Below are positions 1-7,366 of a stretch of DNA of 64,000 bases, piece by piece. Under the pieces are notes generated by a model. The model saw only the letters and a list, made by a program, of their open reading frames with translations, made no database searches and was not told the origin of the DNA. The stretch comes from Burkholderiales bacterium (GTDB lineage Bacteria > Pseudomonadota > Gammaproteobacteria > Burkholderiales > JAEUOS01): the NCBI GenBank assembly GCA_965279115.1, contig OZ257137.1:732224-796223 (forward strand), given 5' to 3'. Both the position numbers and the translations under genes were made by a program. Positions within the stretch are counted from its first letter, which is position 1. Each line of letters begins with the position of its first letter.

Positions 1-273
1 CACCTCAAGACTGGGGGCGAAGGCGGCAATCAGTGAGCCCGCGGCCAGCAGGGCCAGTCCGGTCAGGAGTACCCCTTTGCGGCCATAGCGGTCCGATAGC
101 GGCCCGTATATCAGCTGGAAAACGCCAAACGCGACCACGAACCCGCTGAAGGTCAGTTGCACCTGCGCCTGGCTTGCGCCGAACAAGGCGCCCCACTCCT
201 GCATGGAGGGCAGGCAGATCGTCATGGCGATCAGGCCGAAGGCGACCTGGGCAAGCAATAGGGCTAGGAGCAA
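1..273 (-). CDS. MFS transporter, Bcr/CflA-like drug/H+ antiporter (N-terminal part only; gene runs off the left edge)
   Basis: This frame is absent from the ORF track because it has no stop in the window. My minus-strand translation reads ..RRRSLLLLALLLAQVAFGLIAMTICLPSMQEWGALFGASQAQVQLTFSGFVVAFGVFQLIYGPLSDRYGRKGVLLTGLALLAAGSLIAAFAPSLEV. That is TM1, a loop and TM2 plus the MFS signature G-P-L-S-D-R-x-G-R-K. An in-frame TGA lies upstream, so only TTG 273, TTG 258 or ATG 225 can start it; the start is uncertain. Confidence 0.6.
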   Translation of the reverse strand, partial: MLLALLLAQVAFGLIAMTICLPSMQEWGALFGASQAQVQLTFSGFVVAFGVFQLIYGPLSDRYGRKGVLLTGLALLAAGSLIAAFAPSLEV

Positions 274-319
274 AAGGGAACGCCGCCGAAATGCCTGGGA
301 TAAATGTCGGGAGAAGACT

Positions 320-670
320 TCAAACCGGCTTGATACCGAAGATCACTCGTAACGCCACCGGAAACCAGATCGTCAACAGGCCGCTCACGACCCACAGCGG
401 CACGGTTATCAGCGGGTTGAGCTTGCTCGAGTTGAAGGCGTAGCCCATCAGGATCAACATCGCCGCTGGAACGCAGGCCACCAGCCACAGGATGGTCAGC
501 CACTTGGCTGGAACAAGGATGCTGCGTCTGGAAACAATGCCGTAGACAAGAAACACGATCGCAACCAGTAAGAGCGGCGCGAAGAAAATCAGGGCGAAGC
601 CGTAGCTCACGCCGGAAATCACCTCGGCATCCAATGCCTCGCTGGAAAGCAGTTTCATCAGGTCGTTCAT
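320..670 (-). CDS. small integral membrane protein, unknown family (116 aa, 3-4 predicted TM helices)
   Basis: ATG ORF with hydrophobic stretches VSYGFALIFFAPLLLVAIVFLVYGIV, WLTILWLVACVPAAMLILMGYAF and LITVPLWVVSGLLTIWFPVALRVIF. It lies 46 nt or more upstream of, and codirectional with, the MFS gene. Sampled lines are about 53-57% G+C against about 67% nearby. I recognise no family motif. Confidence 0.5.
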   Translation of the reverse strand: MNDLMKLLSSEALDAEVISGVSYGFALIFFAPLLLVAIVFLVYGIVSRRSILVPAKWLTILWLVACVPAAMLILMGYAFNSSKLNPLITVPLWVVSGLLTIWFPVALRVIFGIKPV

Positions 671-758
671 CTTCCTGCGCCTCCTTCAGAAGGAATGATA
701 GCCGGCCGGCGATGATTCCCGATCCCCGGGTTTCGGCCGGCCCGGGAGGCATCAGGGC

Positions 759-1460
759 TCACGCCGCGTCGCGCAACAGCCTCATGCGTTGCCGCTCCGC
801 ATTCGCCAGGTGCTGGCGCATCGCCTTGCGCGCCGCCGCGGCATCGCGCTTGCGGATCGCCTCCAGCACCGCCCGGTGTTCGGCAATGTTGTCGCGCTTG
901 CGGCCCCGGGTGACGAACAGCTCCTCGATGCGGGCATTGAGCGGCTGCCCGCCCTCCGCCCATAGACGTTCGATCACCAGCTTCAAGGCGCTGTTGGCGG
1001 AAGCCTCGGCGATGCACAGGTGAAATTCGCGGTCCGCCGCCGACTGCATGCGGTTGGCGCGCATGTCGGCGGCGAGACGCTCGAAGGCGCCTTCCAGCGC
1101 CTTCACCTGTGCCGGCGTGGCATTGCGCGCCGCCAGCGCCGCCGCCTCGCCCTCCACCAGCCGCCGGGTGCGCAGCACGTCGAAGGGCGAAATCTCCGCC
1201 GCCTTGCGCGCGCGCTGCGGCCGGCGCGGCGCCGCCGACACGTAGGCGCCGGAACCCACCTTGATGCTGATGCGCCCCTGCATTTCCAGCGCACCCAGCG
1301 CCTCGCGCAGTGAACTGCGCGATACCGAGAGCGACGTGGCCAGCTCGCGCTCCGCGGGCAGCCGCTCGCCAGGCTTGAAGGTGCCGGCCTCGATCTGGCG
1401 GACGATCTCGTCGGCGATGTGCTGGTAAAGCCGCGGTGCGGCGATGGGCTTGATGGGCAT
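759..1460 (-). CDS. GntR-family transcriptional regulator, FadR/FCD subfamily
   Basis: N-terminal winged HTH (LYQHIADEIVRQIEAGTFKPGERLPAERELATSLSVSRSSLREALGALEMQGRISIKVGSGAYV) followed by an all-helical FCD-like C-terminal domain. It is divergent from the sulfatase/Bug block. Confidence 0.9.
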   Translation of the reverse strand: MPIKPIAAPRLYQHIADEIVRQIEAGTFKPGERLPAERELATSLSVSRSSLREALGALEMQGRISIKVGSGAYVSAAPRRPQRARKAAEISPFDVLRTRRLVEGEAAALAARNATPAQVKALEGAFERLAADMRANRMQSAADREFHLCIAEASANSALKLVIERLWAEGGQPLNARIEELFVTRGRKRDNIAEHRAVLEAIRKRDAAAARKAMRQHLANAERQRMRLLRDAA

Positions 1461-1516
1461 GACGCGCCAGTCTGCCGTGACATGCCAGCACGGTCAAGCC
1501 ATGCTGCACTGCCGAA

Positions 1517-1558
1517 TTGACACTGCCAGGGGTGGCGCGTAAATTGGTTTGAAAACCA
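1517..1558 (+). promoter_or_regulatory. sigma70-like promoter (TTGACA-17 nt-TAAATT) overlapping a perfect 14-bp palindrome TGGTTTGAAAACCA; candidate GntR operator
   Basis: TTGACA at 1517-1522, a 17-nt spacer, TAAATT at 1540-1545. The palindrome occupies 1545-1558 (arms TGGTTT/AAACCA) and fits the generic GntR GT-Nx-AC operator shape. A GGAGGAG RBS at 1566-1572 precedes the ATG at 1579. Confidence 0.5.
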
Positions 1559-1578
1559 GACCAGCGGAGGAGACCTGA

Positions 1579-2550
1579 ATGCCGGCCATGCGCTTGCTGT
1601 TGGCGTTGTTTGCTTTTGCCGCGACGCTCCCCGATGCTGTACACGCACAGACGTTTCCTTCCAGGGCGGTGCGCTTCGTGGTGCCTTTCGCACCGGGCGG
1701 CCAGTCCGACGTGGTCGCGCGCACCGTGGGACAGAAGCTGGCGGAGCGCTGGGGCCAGCCGGTGGTCATCGAAAACAAGGCGGGTGCGGCCACCACCATC
1801 GGGGCGGATTTCGTCGCCAAGTCGCCGGCGGACGGTTACACCATCCTGCTGGCGCCGGCGCCCTTCGTCATCACCCAGTACGCCTACCCGAAACTCCCCT
1901 ATGACAGCCGGCGCGATTTCACGCCGGTGACCATGCTGGTGACCAACCCGCTGGTGGTCACGGTCAATCCGGCGCGGGTACCGGCAAAGACCTTCCCGGA
2001 ATTCGTCGCGCTTGCGAAGAAGGACCCCGGCAAGTTCACCTACGGCACGCCGGGCAACGGCAGCCTGCCGCACCTGGCGGTGGAACTGTTCCGCCTGCAG
2101 TCGGGCATCGACGTGCTGCATGTGCCCTACAAGGGCGGCGGCCCCGCGGTGCTGGACATGGTGGCCGGGCAGATCGCCTTCATGTTTGCGAGCCCGCTGG
2201 AAGTCATGCCCAACGTCAAGGCGGGCAAGCTCAATGTGCTGGGGGTCACCTCCGACAAGCGGGTGGCGTACTGGCCCGAGGTACCCACCCTCAAGGAAAG
2301 CGGTTTCAAGGACTACGAGGCCTACGCCTGGTTCGGCGTCACCGCGCCGGCGGCCACGCCGAAGGACATCGTCGCCAAGCTCAATGCCGATATCGTCGCG
2401 GTGCTGAAGTCGCCGGATGTATCCGAACGCCTGGCCGCGCAGGGGGCGGATGTAGCAGCCACCTCGATCGATGATTTCGGCCGCTTCCTTGCCGCAGAAC
2501 ACGCGCGCTGGTCCGCGGCGGTCAAGGCGGCCAATGTGGTTGTGCAGTAA
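1579..2550 (+). CDS. Bug/TctC-family periplasmic solute-binding protein (tripartite tricarboxylate transporter receptor)
   Basis: Signal peptide MPAMRLLLALFAFAATLPDAVHA, then family hallmarks FPSRAVRFVVPFAPGGQSDVVAR, VVIENKAGAATTIG and SPADGYT. Length 323 aa. Confidence 0.9.
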   Translation: MPAMRLLLALFAFAATLPDAVHAQTFPSRAVRFVVPFAPGGQSDVVARTVGQKLAERWGQPVVIENKAGAATTIGADFVAKSPADGYTILLAPAPFVITQYAYPKLPYDSRRDFTPVTMLVTNPLVVTVNPARVPAKTFPEFVALAKKDPGKFTYGTPGNGSLPHLAVELFRLQSGIDVLHVPYKGGGPAVLDMVAGQIAFMFASPLEVMPNVKAGKLNVLGVTSDKRVAYWPEVPTLKESGFKDYEAYAWFGVTAPAATPKDIVAKLNADIVAVLKSPDVSERLAAQGADVAATSIDDFGRFLAAEHARWSAAVKAANVVVQ

Positions 2551-2568
2551 GCCTGACAAGGAAACGAC

Positions 2569-4866
2569 GTGAGTGACTTGAAGACCTACCCGGAAGGCAC
2601 GCCGTTTACCGGCAAGATCGGCCGCACTGCCGCCACCTCGGAACCCGCATGGCCGCTGCCCGCCCAGGCCAAACCCGGTTCGCCCAACGTGCTGGTGTTC
2701 CTGTTGGACGATGTCGGCTTCGCGCAGTTGGGCTGCTACGGCTCGGACATCGCCACGCCCAACTTCGACCGCCTCGCCGCGGGCGGCTTGCGCTACCGCG
2801 ATTTCCACACCACCGCGATCTGCTCGCCGACCCGCGCTTGCCTGCTCACCGGCCGCAACCACCACTCCAACGGCGTGGGCATCATCCAGGAAATGGCCAC
2901 CGGCTACCCCGGCTACAACGGCATGGTGCCCAAGGAAAACGGCTTCCTCTCCGAAATGTTGCTGGCCCAGGGTTACGCGACCTTCGCCATCGGCAAGTGG
3001 CACCTCACCCTGGCCGGCGAATACGCCTCCGGGGCCTCCAAGGCACGCTGGCCGTTGTCGCGCGGGTTCGAGCGCTACTACGGCTTCATCGGCGGCAAGA
3101 CCAGCCAGTGGTCGCCCACCCTGATCCACGACAGCCACTACATCGCGCCGCCCTTCACTGGCGACGAGAGCTACCACCTCAATGCCGACCTGGCCGACCG
3201 CGCCATCGAATACCTGGTGGACCTGCGCACGGTGGCGCCGCAAAAGCCCTTCTTCATGTACTACTGCCTGGGTGCTGGCCATGCGCCGCACCAGGTGGAG
3301 CGCGAATGGATAGAGCGCTATCGCGGCCGCTTCGATTGCGGCTGGGACAAATGGCGCGAAGAGGTGTTCGCACGCCAATTGAAGATGGGCATCGTCCCGC
3401 CCGGCACGAAGATCGCGCAACGGCCCGACCAGGTCAAGGCCTGGGATTCGCTTTCAGCCGACGCCAAAAAGCTCTACGCCCGCCAGATGGAGGTCTACGC
3501 CGCCTTCCTCGAACAGACCGACCACCACATCGGCCGCGTCATCGACCACCTGGAACGCATGGGCGAGCTCGACAACACCATCATCATGCTCGCCTCCGAC
3601 AACGGCGCCTCCGCCGAAGGCGGCGAGCACGGCTCCTTCAACGAATGCCAGTTCCCCAACCGGGTCGAAGCCAGCATCGCGGACAACCTCAAGCACCTGG
3701 ACGAATGGGGCGGCATCAAGTCCTTCACCAATTACGCCTGGGGCTGGGCCTGGGCCGGCAACACCCCGCTGCGGCGCTGGAAGCGCTACCTGCACCAGGG
3801 CGGCATGAGCGACCCGCTGATCGTGCACTGGCCCAAAGGCATCAAGGCGCGCGGCGAGGTGCGCGGCCAGTACGCGCATGTGGTCGACATCACGCCCACC
3901 CTGCTCGACGCGCTGGGCCTGGAACCGCCGCGCGTGCTTAACGGCGTGACCCAACGGCCGCTGGAAGGCACCAGCTTCGCGCACACCTTCAACGACGCGG
4001 CCGTGCCGACGGCCAAGCAGGTGCAGTACTACGAGATGATCGGCTCGCGCGCCATCTGGATGGACGGCTGGAAGGCGGTGGTCGAGCAGCCGCAAGGCGA
4101 CTTCATGACCGAGGAAATGCTCGACGCGCAGAAGTGGGAGCTCTACCACGTGGCCAGCGACTTCTCCGAGAGCAACAACCTGGCCGACCGGCACCCCGAG
4201 AAATTGAAGGAGATGATCGAGCGCTGGTGGATAGAGGCCGGCAAATACAACGTGCTGCCGCTGGATTCGCGCATGCAGTTGCGCATGGGCGAGCGCAAGC
4301 CCTCCACCGTCTCGCAGGGCAACCGCCATGTGTACTACCCCGGCATGGCCGCGCAGTTCGAATACACCGCGGTAAACGTGAAGAACCGCTCGCACAGCAT
4401 CACCGCCGAGGTCGAGATCTCCGCCGCGGGCGCCGAAGGCGTGCTGCTGGCGCATGGCAGCTGGTTTGCCGGCTATTCGCTGTACGTGAAGAACCGCCGC
4501 CTCACCTACGTGCACAACTACCTGGGCCTCACCGAATACCGCGTCACCGCGACCGAAGATCTGCCCGCGGGCAAGGCAGTGCTGCAGTTGCGCTTCACCC
4601 GCACCGGCGAACACCAGGGGCGCGCCGCCCTGTTCGTCAACGGCCGGCAGGTGGGCGAAGGCGAGATCCCGCGCACCATTCCGGCGGTGATCGAAACCTC
4701 GGGCGAGGGCCTGTGCTGCGGCTACGACTCCGGCGTGCCGGTCACGGCGGACTACGTGTCGCCATTCCGCTTTACCGGGCGCATCGCGCAGGTGGTGGTG
4801 GAAACCGGCGAAGGCGCCGGCGTGGACGCCGAGGCGCAGGTGCGCACCGCGTTTTCCGACCAGTAA
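2569..4866 (+). CDS. type I (S1) arylsulfatase, long form with C-terminal extension (765 aa), no signal peptide
   Basis: GTG start after an AAGGA RBS. Contains LLDDVGF, the formylglycine motif CSPTRACLLTGRNHH (Cys codon 2821-2823) and GKWHL. The N-terminus MSDLKTYPEGTPFTGKIGRT is not signal-like. Confidence 0.9.
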   Translation: MSDLKTYPEGTPFTGKIGRTAATSEPAWPLPAQAKPGSPNVLVFLLDDVGFAQLGCYGSDIATPNFDRLAAGGLRYRDFHTTAICSPTRACLLTGRNHHSNGVGIIQEMATGYPGYNGMVPKENGFLSEMLLAQGYATFAIGKWHLTLAGEYASGASKARWPLSRGFERYYGFIGGKTSQWSPTLIHDSHYIAPPFTGDESYHLNADLADRAIEYLVDLRTVAPQKPFFMYYCLGAGHAPHQVEREWIERYRGRFDCGWDKWREEVFARQLKMGIVPPGTKIAQRPDQVKAWDSLSADAKKLYARQMEVYAAFLEQTDHHIGRVIDHLERMGELDNTIIMLASDNGASAEGGEHGSFNECQFPNRVEASIADNLKHLDEWGGIKSFTNYAWGWAWAGNTPLRRWKRYLHQGGMSDPLIVHWPKGIKARGEVRGQYAHVVDITPTLLDALGLEPPRVLNGVTQRPLEGTSFAHTFNDAAVPTAKQVQYYEMIGSRAIWMDGWKAVVEQPQGDFMTEEMLDAQKWELYHVASDFSESNNLADRHPEKLKEMIERWWIEAGKYNVLPLDSRMQLRMGERKPSTVSQGNRHVYYPGMAAQFEYTAVNVKNRSHSITAEVEISAAGAEGVLLAHGSWFAGYSLYVKNRRLTYVHNYLGLTEYRVTATEDLPAGKAVLQLRFTRTGEHQGRAALFVNGRQVGEGEIPRTIPAVIETSGEGLCCGYDSGVPVTADYVSPFRFTGRIAQVVVETGEGAGVDAEAQVRTAFSDQ

Positions 4867-4883
4867 ACGCCCGGGAGAGCCGC

Positions 4884-5855
4884 ATGAGAAAAACGTTCGC
4901 AAGCGTGCTGCTTGGCGCAACCGTGCTGGCCGGCGTGCTCATGCCGATGGGCGACGTCGTCGCCCAGCCCTACCCGTCAAAGCCGATCAAGCTGATCATC
5001 CCCTATGCCCCGGGCGGCAATACCGACATCGTCGCGCGCATCTTCGGGCAAAAACTGGGCGAGCGCATCGCCCAGCCGGTGGTGTTCGACAACCGCGGCG
5101 GCGCCACCGGCACGCTCGGGGTAGGCGTGGCCGCCAAATCGCCCGCCGACGGCTACACCATCGTCATCGGCGACCTGGGCTCGATGGTGATCGCCAACCA
5201 TGCCATCCCCAGCCTGCCGTATCACCCGCTCAAGGACCTGGCGCCGATCGGCCTGGTGACCGGCGTTTCGGTCGTGGTCACGGTCAACCCGCAATCGCCG
5301 GTGACGGGCTTCGAAGACCTGCTCGCCCGCGCCCGCGCCCAGCCTGGCAAGCTCACCTACGGCACCTCCGGCGTGGGTTCGCCCAGCCACATGGCCATGG
5401 AACTGGTGCAGTCGATGACCGGCGTCAGGCTGCTGCATGTGCCGTTCAAGGGCGGCGCGCAGGCGGTCACCGCCGTGATTGGCGGCCAGATCGACTTTCT
5501 GGTCGATGGCGCCGCCTTCGGCCAGGTCAAGGGCGGCCGCCTGAAGGCGATCGCCGTGACCGGCCCGCGCCTGCCGGCCCTGCCCGATACGCCCGGCATA
5601 GGCGAGACCATCAAGGGTTTCGAATTCACCAACTGGTGGGGCTTCCTGGCACCCGCCGGCACGCCGCCAGAGGCGATCAACCGGCTCAACGAGGAATTCA
5701 CGCAGATCGCTGCGCTGCCGGAGATCCGCGACCGCCTGAACGCCCTGGGGCTGGCGGCGCGCAGCGGCACACCGCAGCAATTCGCCGACCACCTCGCAAG
5801 CGAGACCGGGAAGATCGCCCGCATCGTCAAGGATGCCGCGATCAAGTTCGAATAG
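4884..5855 (+). CDS. Bug/TctC-family periplasmic solute-binding protein
   Basis: ATG 4884 gives MRKTFASVLLGATVLAGVLMPMGDVVAQPYPSKPIKLIIPYAPGGNTDIVAR. The track ORF 4134-5855 is an in-frame upstream extension that overlaps the sulfatase. Confidence 0.9.
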   Translation: MRKTFASVLLGATVLAGVLMPMGDVVAQPYPSKPIKLIIPYAPGGNTDIVARIFGQKLGERIAQPVVFDNRGGATGTLGVGVAAKSPADGYTIVIGDLGSMVIANHAIPSLPYHPLKDLAPIGLVTGVSVVVTVNPQSPVTGFEDLLARARAQPGKLTYGTSGVGSPSHMAMELVQSMTGVRLLHVPFKGGAQAVTAVIGGQIDFLVDGAAFGQVKGGRLKAIAVTGPRLPALPDTPGIGETIKGFEFTNWWGFLAPAGTPPEAINRLNEEFTQIAALPEIRDRLNALGLAARSGTPQQFADHLASETGKIARIVKDAAIKFE

Positions 5856-5871
5856 ACCACGAGACACCCAA

Positions 5872-7347
5872 ATGGCACAACGTCCCAACATCCTCTGGTA
5901 CTGCTCGGACCAGCAGCGCCACGACACCATCCGCGCGCTCGGCCAGCCGCACATCGAAACCCCCAATCTCGACGCCCTGTGCGCCAGCGGCGTGGCCTTC
6001 CGGCGCGCCTATACCCAGAGCCAGATCTGCACGCCGTCGCGGGCCAGCTTTCTCACCGGGCGCTACCCCGCCAGCCACCATGTGTACCGCAACGGCAATG
6101 CCTACTTCCCGGCGCACGAAAAGCTGGTCACCCGCCTGTTCGCCGACGCCGGCTACGATTGCGGGCTGGTCGGCAAGCTGCACCTGTCGGCCGCCAAGTA
6201 TTTCGAGCAGCGCCCGGACGACGGCTACCGCATGTTCCAGTGGAGCCACCACCCCACCCCGGACGCGGCGCGCGGCCACGACTACGAAAGCTGGTTGCGT
6301 TACGAGAAGAAGGTCGACCCGATCGAGCTGTACGCCTCCCACAACCAGTTCTGCGGCCCGGGCGTCGCCGCGCAGTACCACCAGACCACCTGGGTCTCGG
6401 AGATGGCGATCCGCTTCATCCGCGAGCAGCGCGACGGCCCCTGGCTGTTGTCGCTCAACCCCTTCGACCCGCACGCGCCCTTCGACGCGCCGCCTGAATA
6501 CCTGGCGAAGGTACGGGCGGAGTCGCTGCCCTTCCCTCTGTTCCGCGACAGCGATATCGAGCGCCAGAAGGCCTTTGTCGCCATCGACCAGCAGACCAAG
6601 GTGGCGGTCGATCCGCGGGTGCGCCGCGAGGGCAGCACGGTGGTCGAGCGCGAGCACGACCTGGTGGCCTCCAAGCCGCCGGATGCCTACGACGCGCTGG
6701 AAGTCAAGGCCAACTACTACGCCATGATCATGCTCATCGACGACCAGTTCAGGCGCATCGTCGACGCCCTGCGCGACAGCGGGCAGCTCGACAACACGCT
6801 GATCGTCTACATGAGCGACCATGGCGAGCTGCTTGGCGACCACGGCCTGATCCTCAAGGGCTGCCGGTTTTTTGAAGGCCTGGTGCACATCCCGATGATC
6901 TTTTCCTGGCCGGAGCGCTTTGCGAAAGGCGTGCAGAGCGAGGCGCTGGTTGAATCGGTCGATGTCGCCCCCACGCTGCTGGAAGCCGCCGGGCTGGCGG
7001 TGCCGGAATCGATGCAGGGCGCCTCGCTCATGCCCATCCTTGAAGGCCGCGCCGATCCGCACCACCACAAGGACCGCGTGATCTCGGAGTTCCACGACTC
7101 CATCGGCGGGCCGCGCCATACCGACCACACCCATGGCTCGATGGTGTTCGACGGTCGCTACAAGAGCGTGGTGTATCACGGCCACCAGGTAGGAGAACTC
7201 TACGACCTGCAGCAGGACCCCGGCGAATTCGACAACCTGTGGAACGACCCCGCCGCGCGTGAACTCAAGACCGAGCGCCTGAAAGCGCACCTGGACGCGA
7301 TGATGGCCACCGTGAGCGCGGGCCCGCCGCGCAGCGTGGCCTACTGA
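5872..7347 (+). CDS. type I sulfatase, short form (491 aa), no signal peptide
   Basis: Starts MAQRPNILWYCSDQQRHD. Formylglycine motif CTPSRASFLTGR (Cys codon 6028-6030), plus MSDHGE and DLQQDPGEFDNLW. Start chosen at ATG 5872, which lies inside track ORF 5833-7347. Confidence 0.9.
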   Translation: MAQRPNILWYCSDQQRHDTIRALGQPHIETPNLDALCASGVAFRRAYTQSQICTPSRASFLTGRYPASHHVYRNGNAYFPAHEKLVTRLFADAGYDCGLVGKLHLSAAKYFEQRPDDGYRMFQWSHHPTPDAARGHDYESWLRYEKKVDPIELYASHNQFCGPGVAAQYHQTTWVSEMAIRFIREQRDGPWLLSLNPFDPHAPFDAPPEYLAKVRAESLPFPLFRDSDIERQKAFVAIDQQTKVAVDPRVRREGSTVVEREHDLVASKPPDAYDALEVKANYYAMIMLIDDQFRRIVDALRDSGQLDNTLIVYMSDHGELLGDHGLILKGCRFFEGLVHIPMIFSWPERFAKGVQSEALVESVDVAPTLLEAAGLAVPESMQGASLMPILEGRADPHHHKDRVISEFHDSIGGPRHTDHTHGSMVFDGRYKSVVYHGHQVGELYDLQQDPGEFDNLWNDPAARELKTERLKAHLDAMMATVSAGPPRSVAY

Positions 7348-7366
7348 AACCACCGAGGAGAAATCC

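Noticed and set aside
667-3420. 917-aa minus-strand ORF spanning the GntR gene, the first Bug gene and part of the first sulfatase
   Set aside because: The translation is Arg/Ala/Gly/His-rich and low in complexity, with no motifs. It lies antisense or out of frame to three genes with clear family signatures. This is a typical stop-codon-poor antisense frame in high-G+C DNA.
4134-5855. Long in-frame N-terminal extensions of real genes in the ORF track (also 9417-10592, 16178-17392, 44228-45286, 49490-50515, 51068-52042 and 57732-58562)
   Set aside because: The extensions overlap the preceding gene and lack family sequence. In each case an internal ATG, GTG or TTG with a Shine-Dalgarno sequence yields the canonical N-terminus (a signal peptide or a conserved start), so the shorter coordinates were used.
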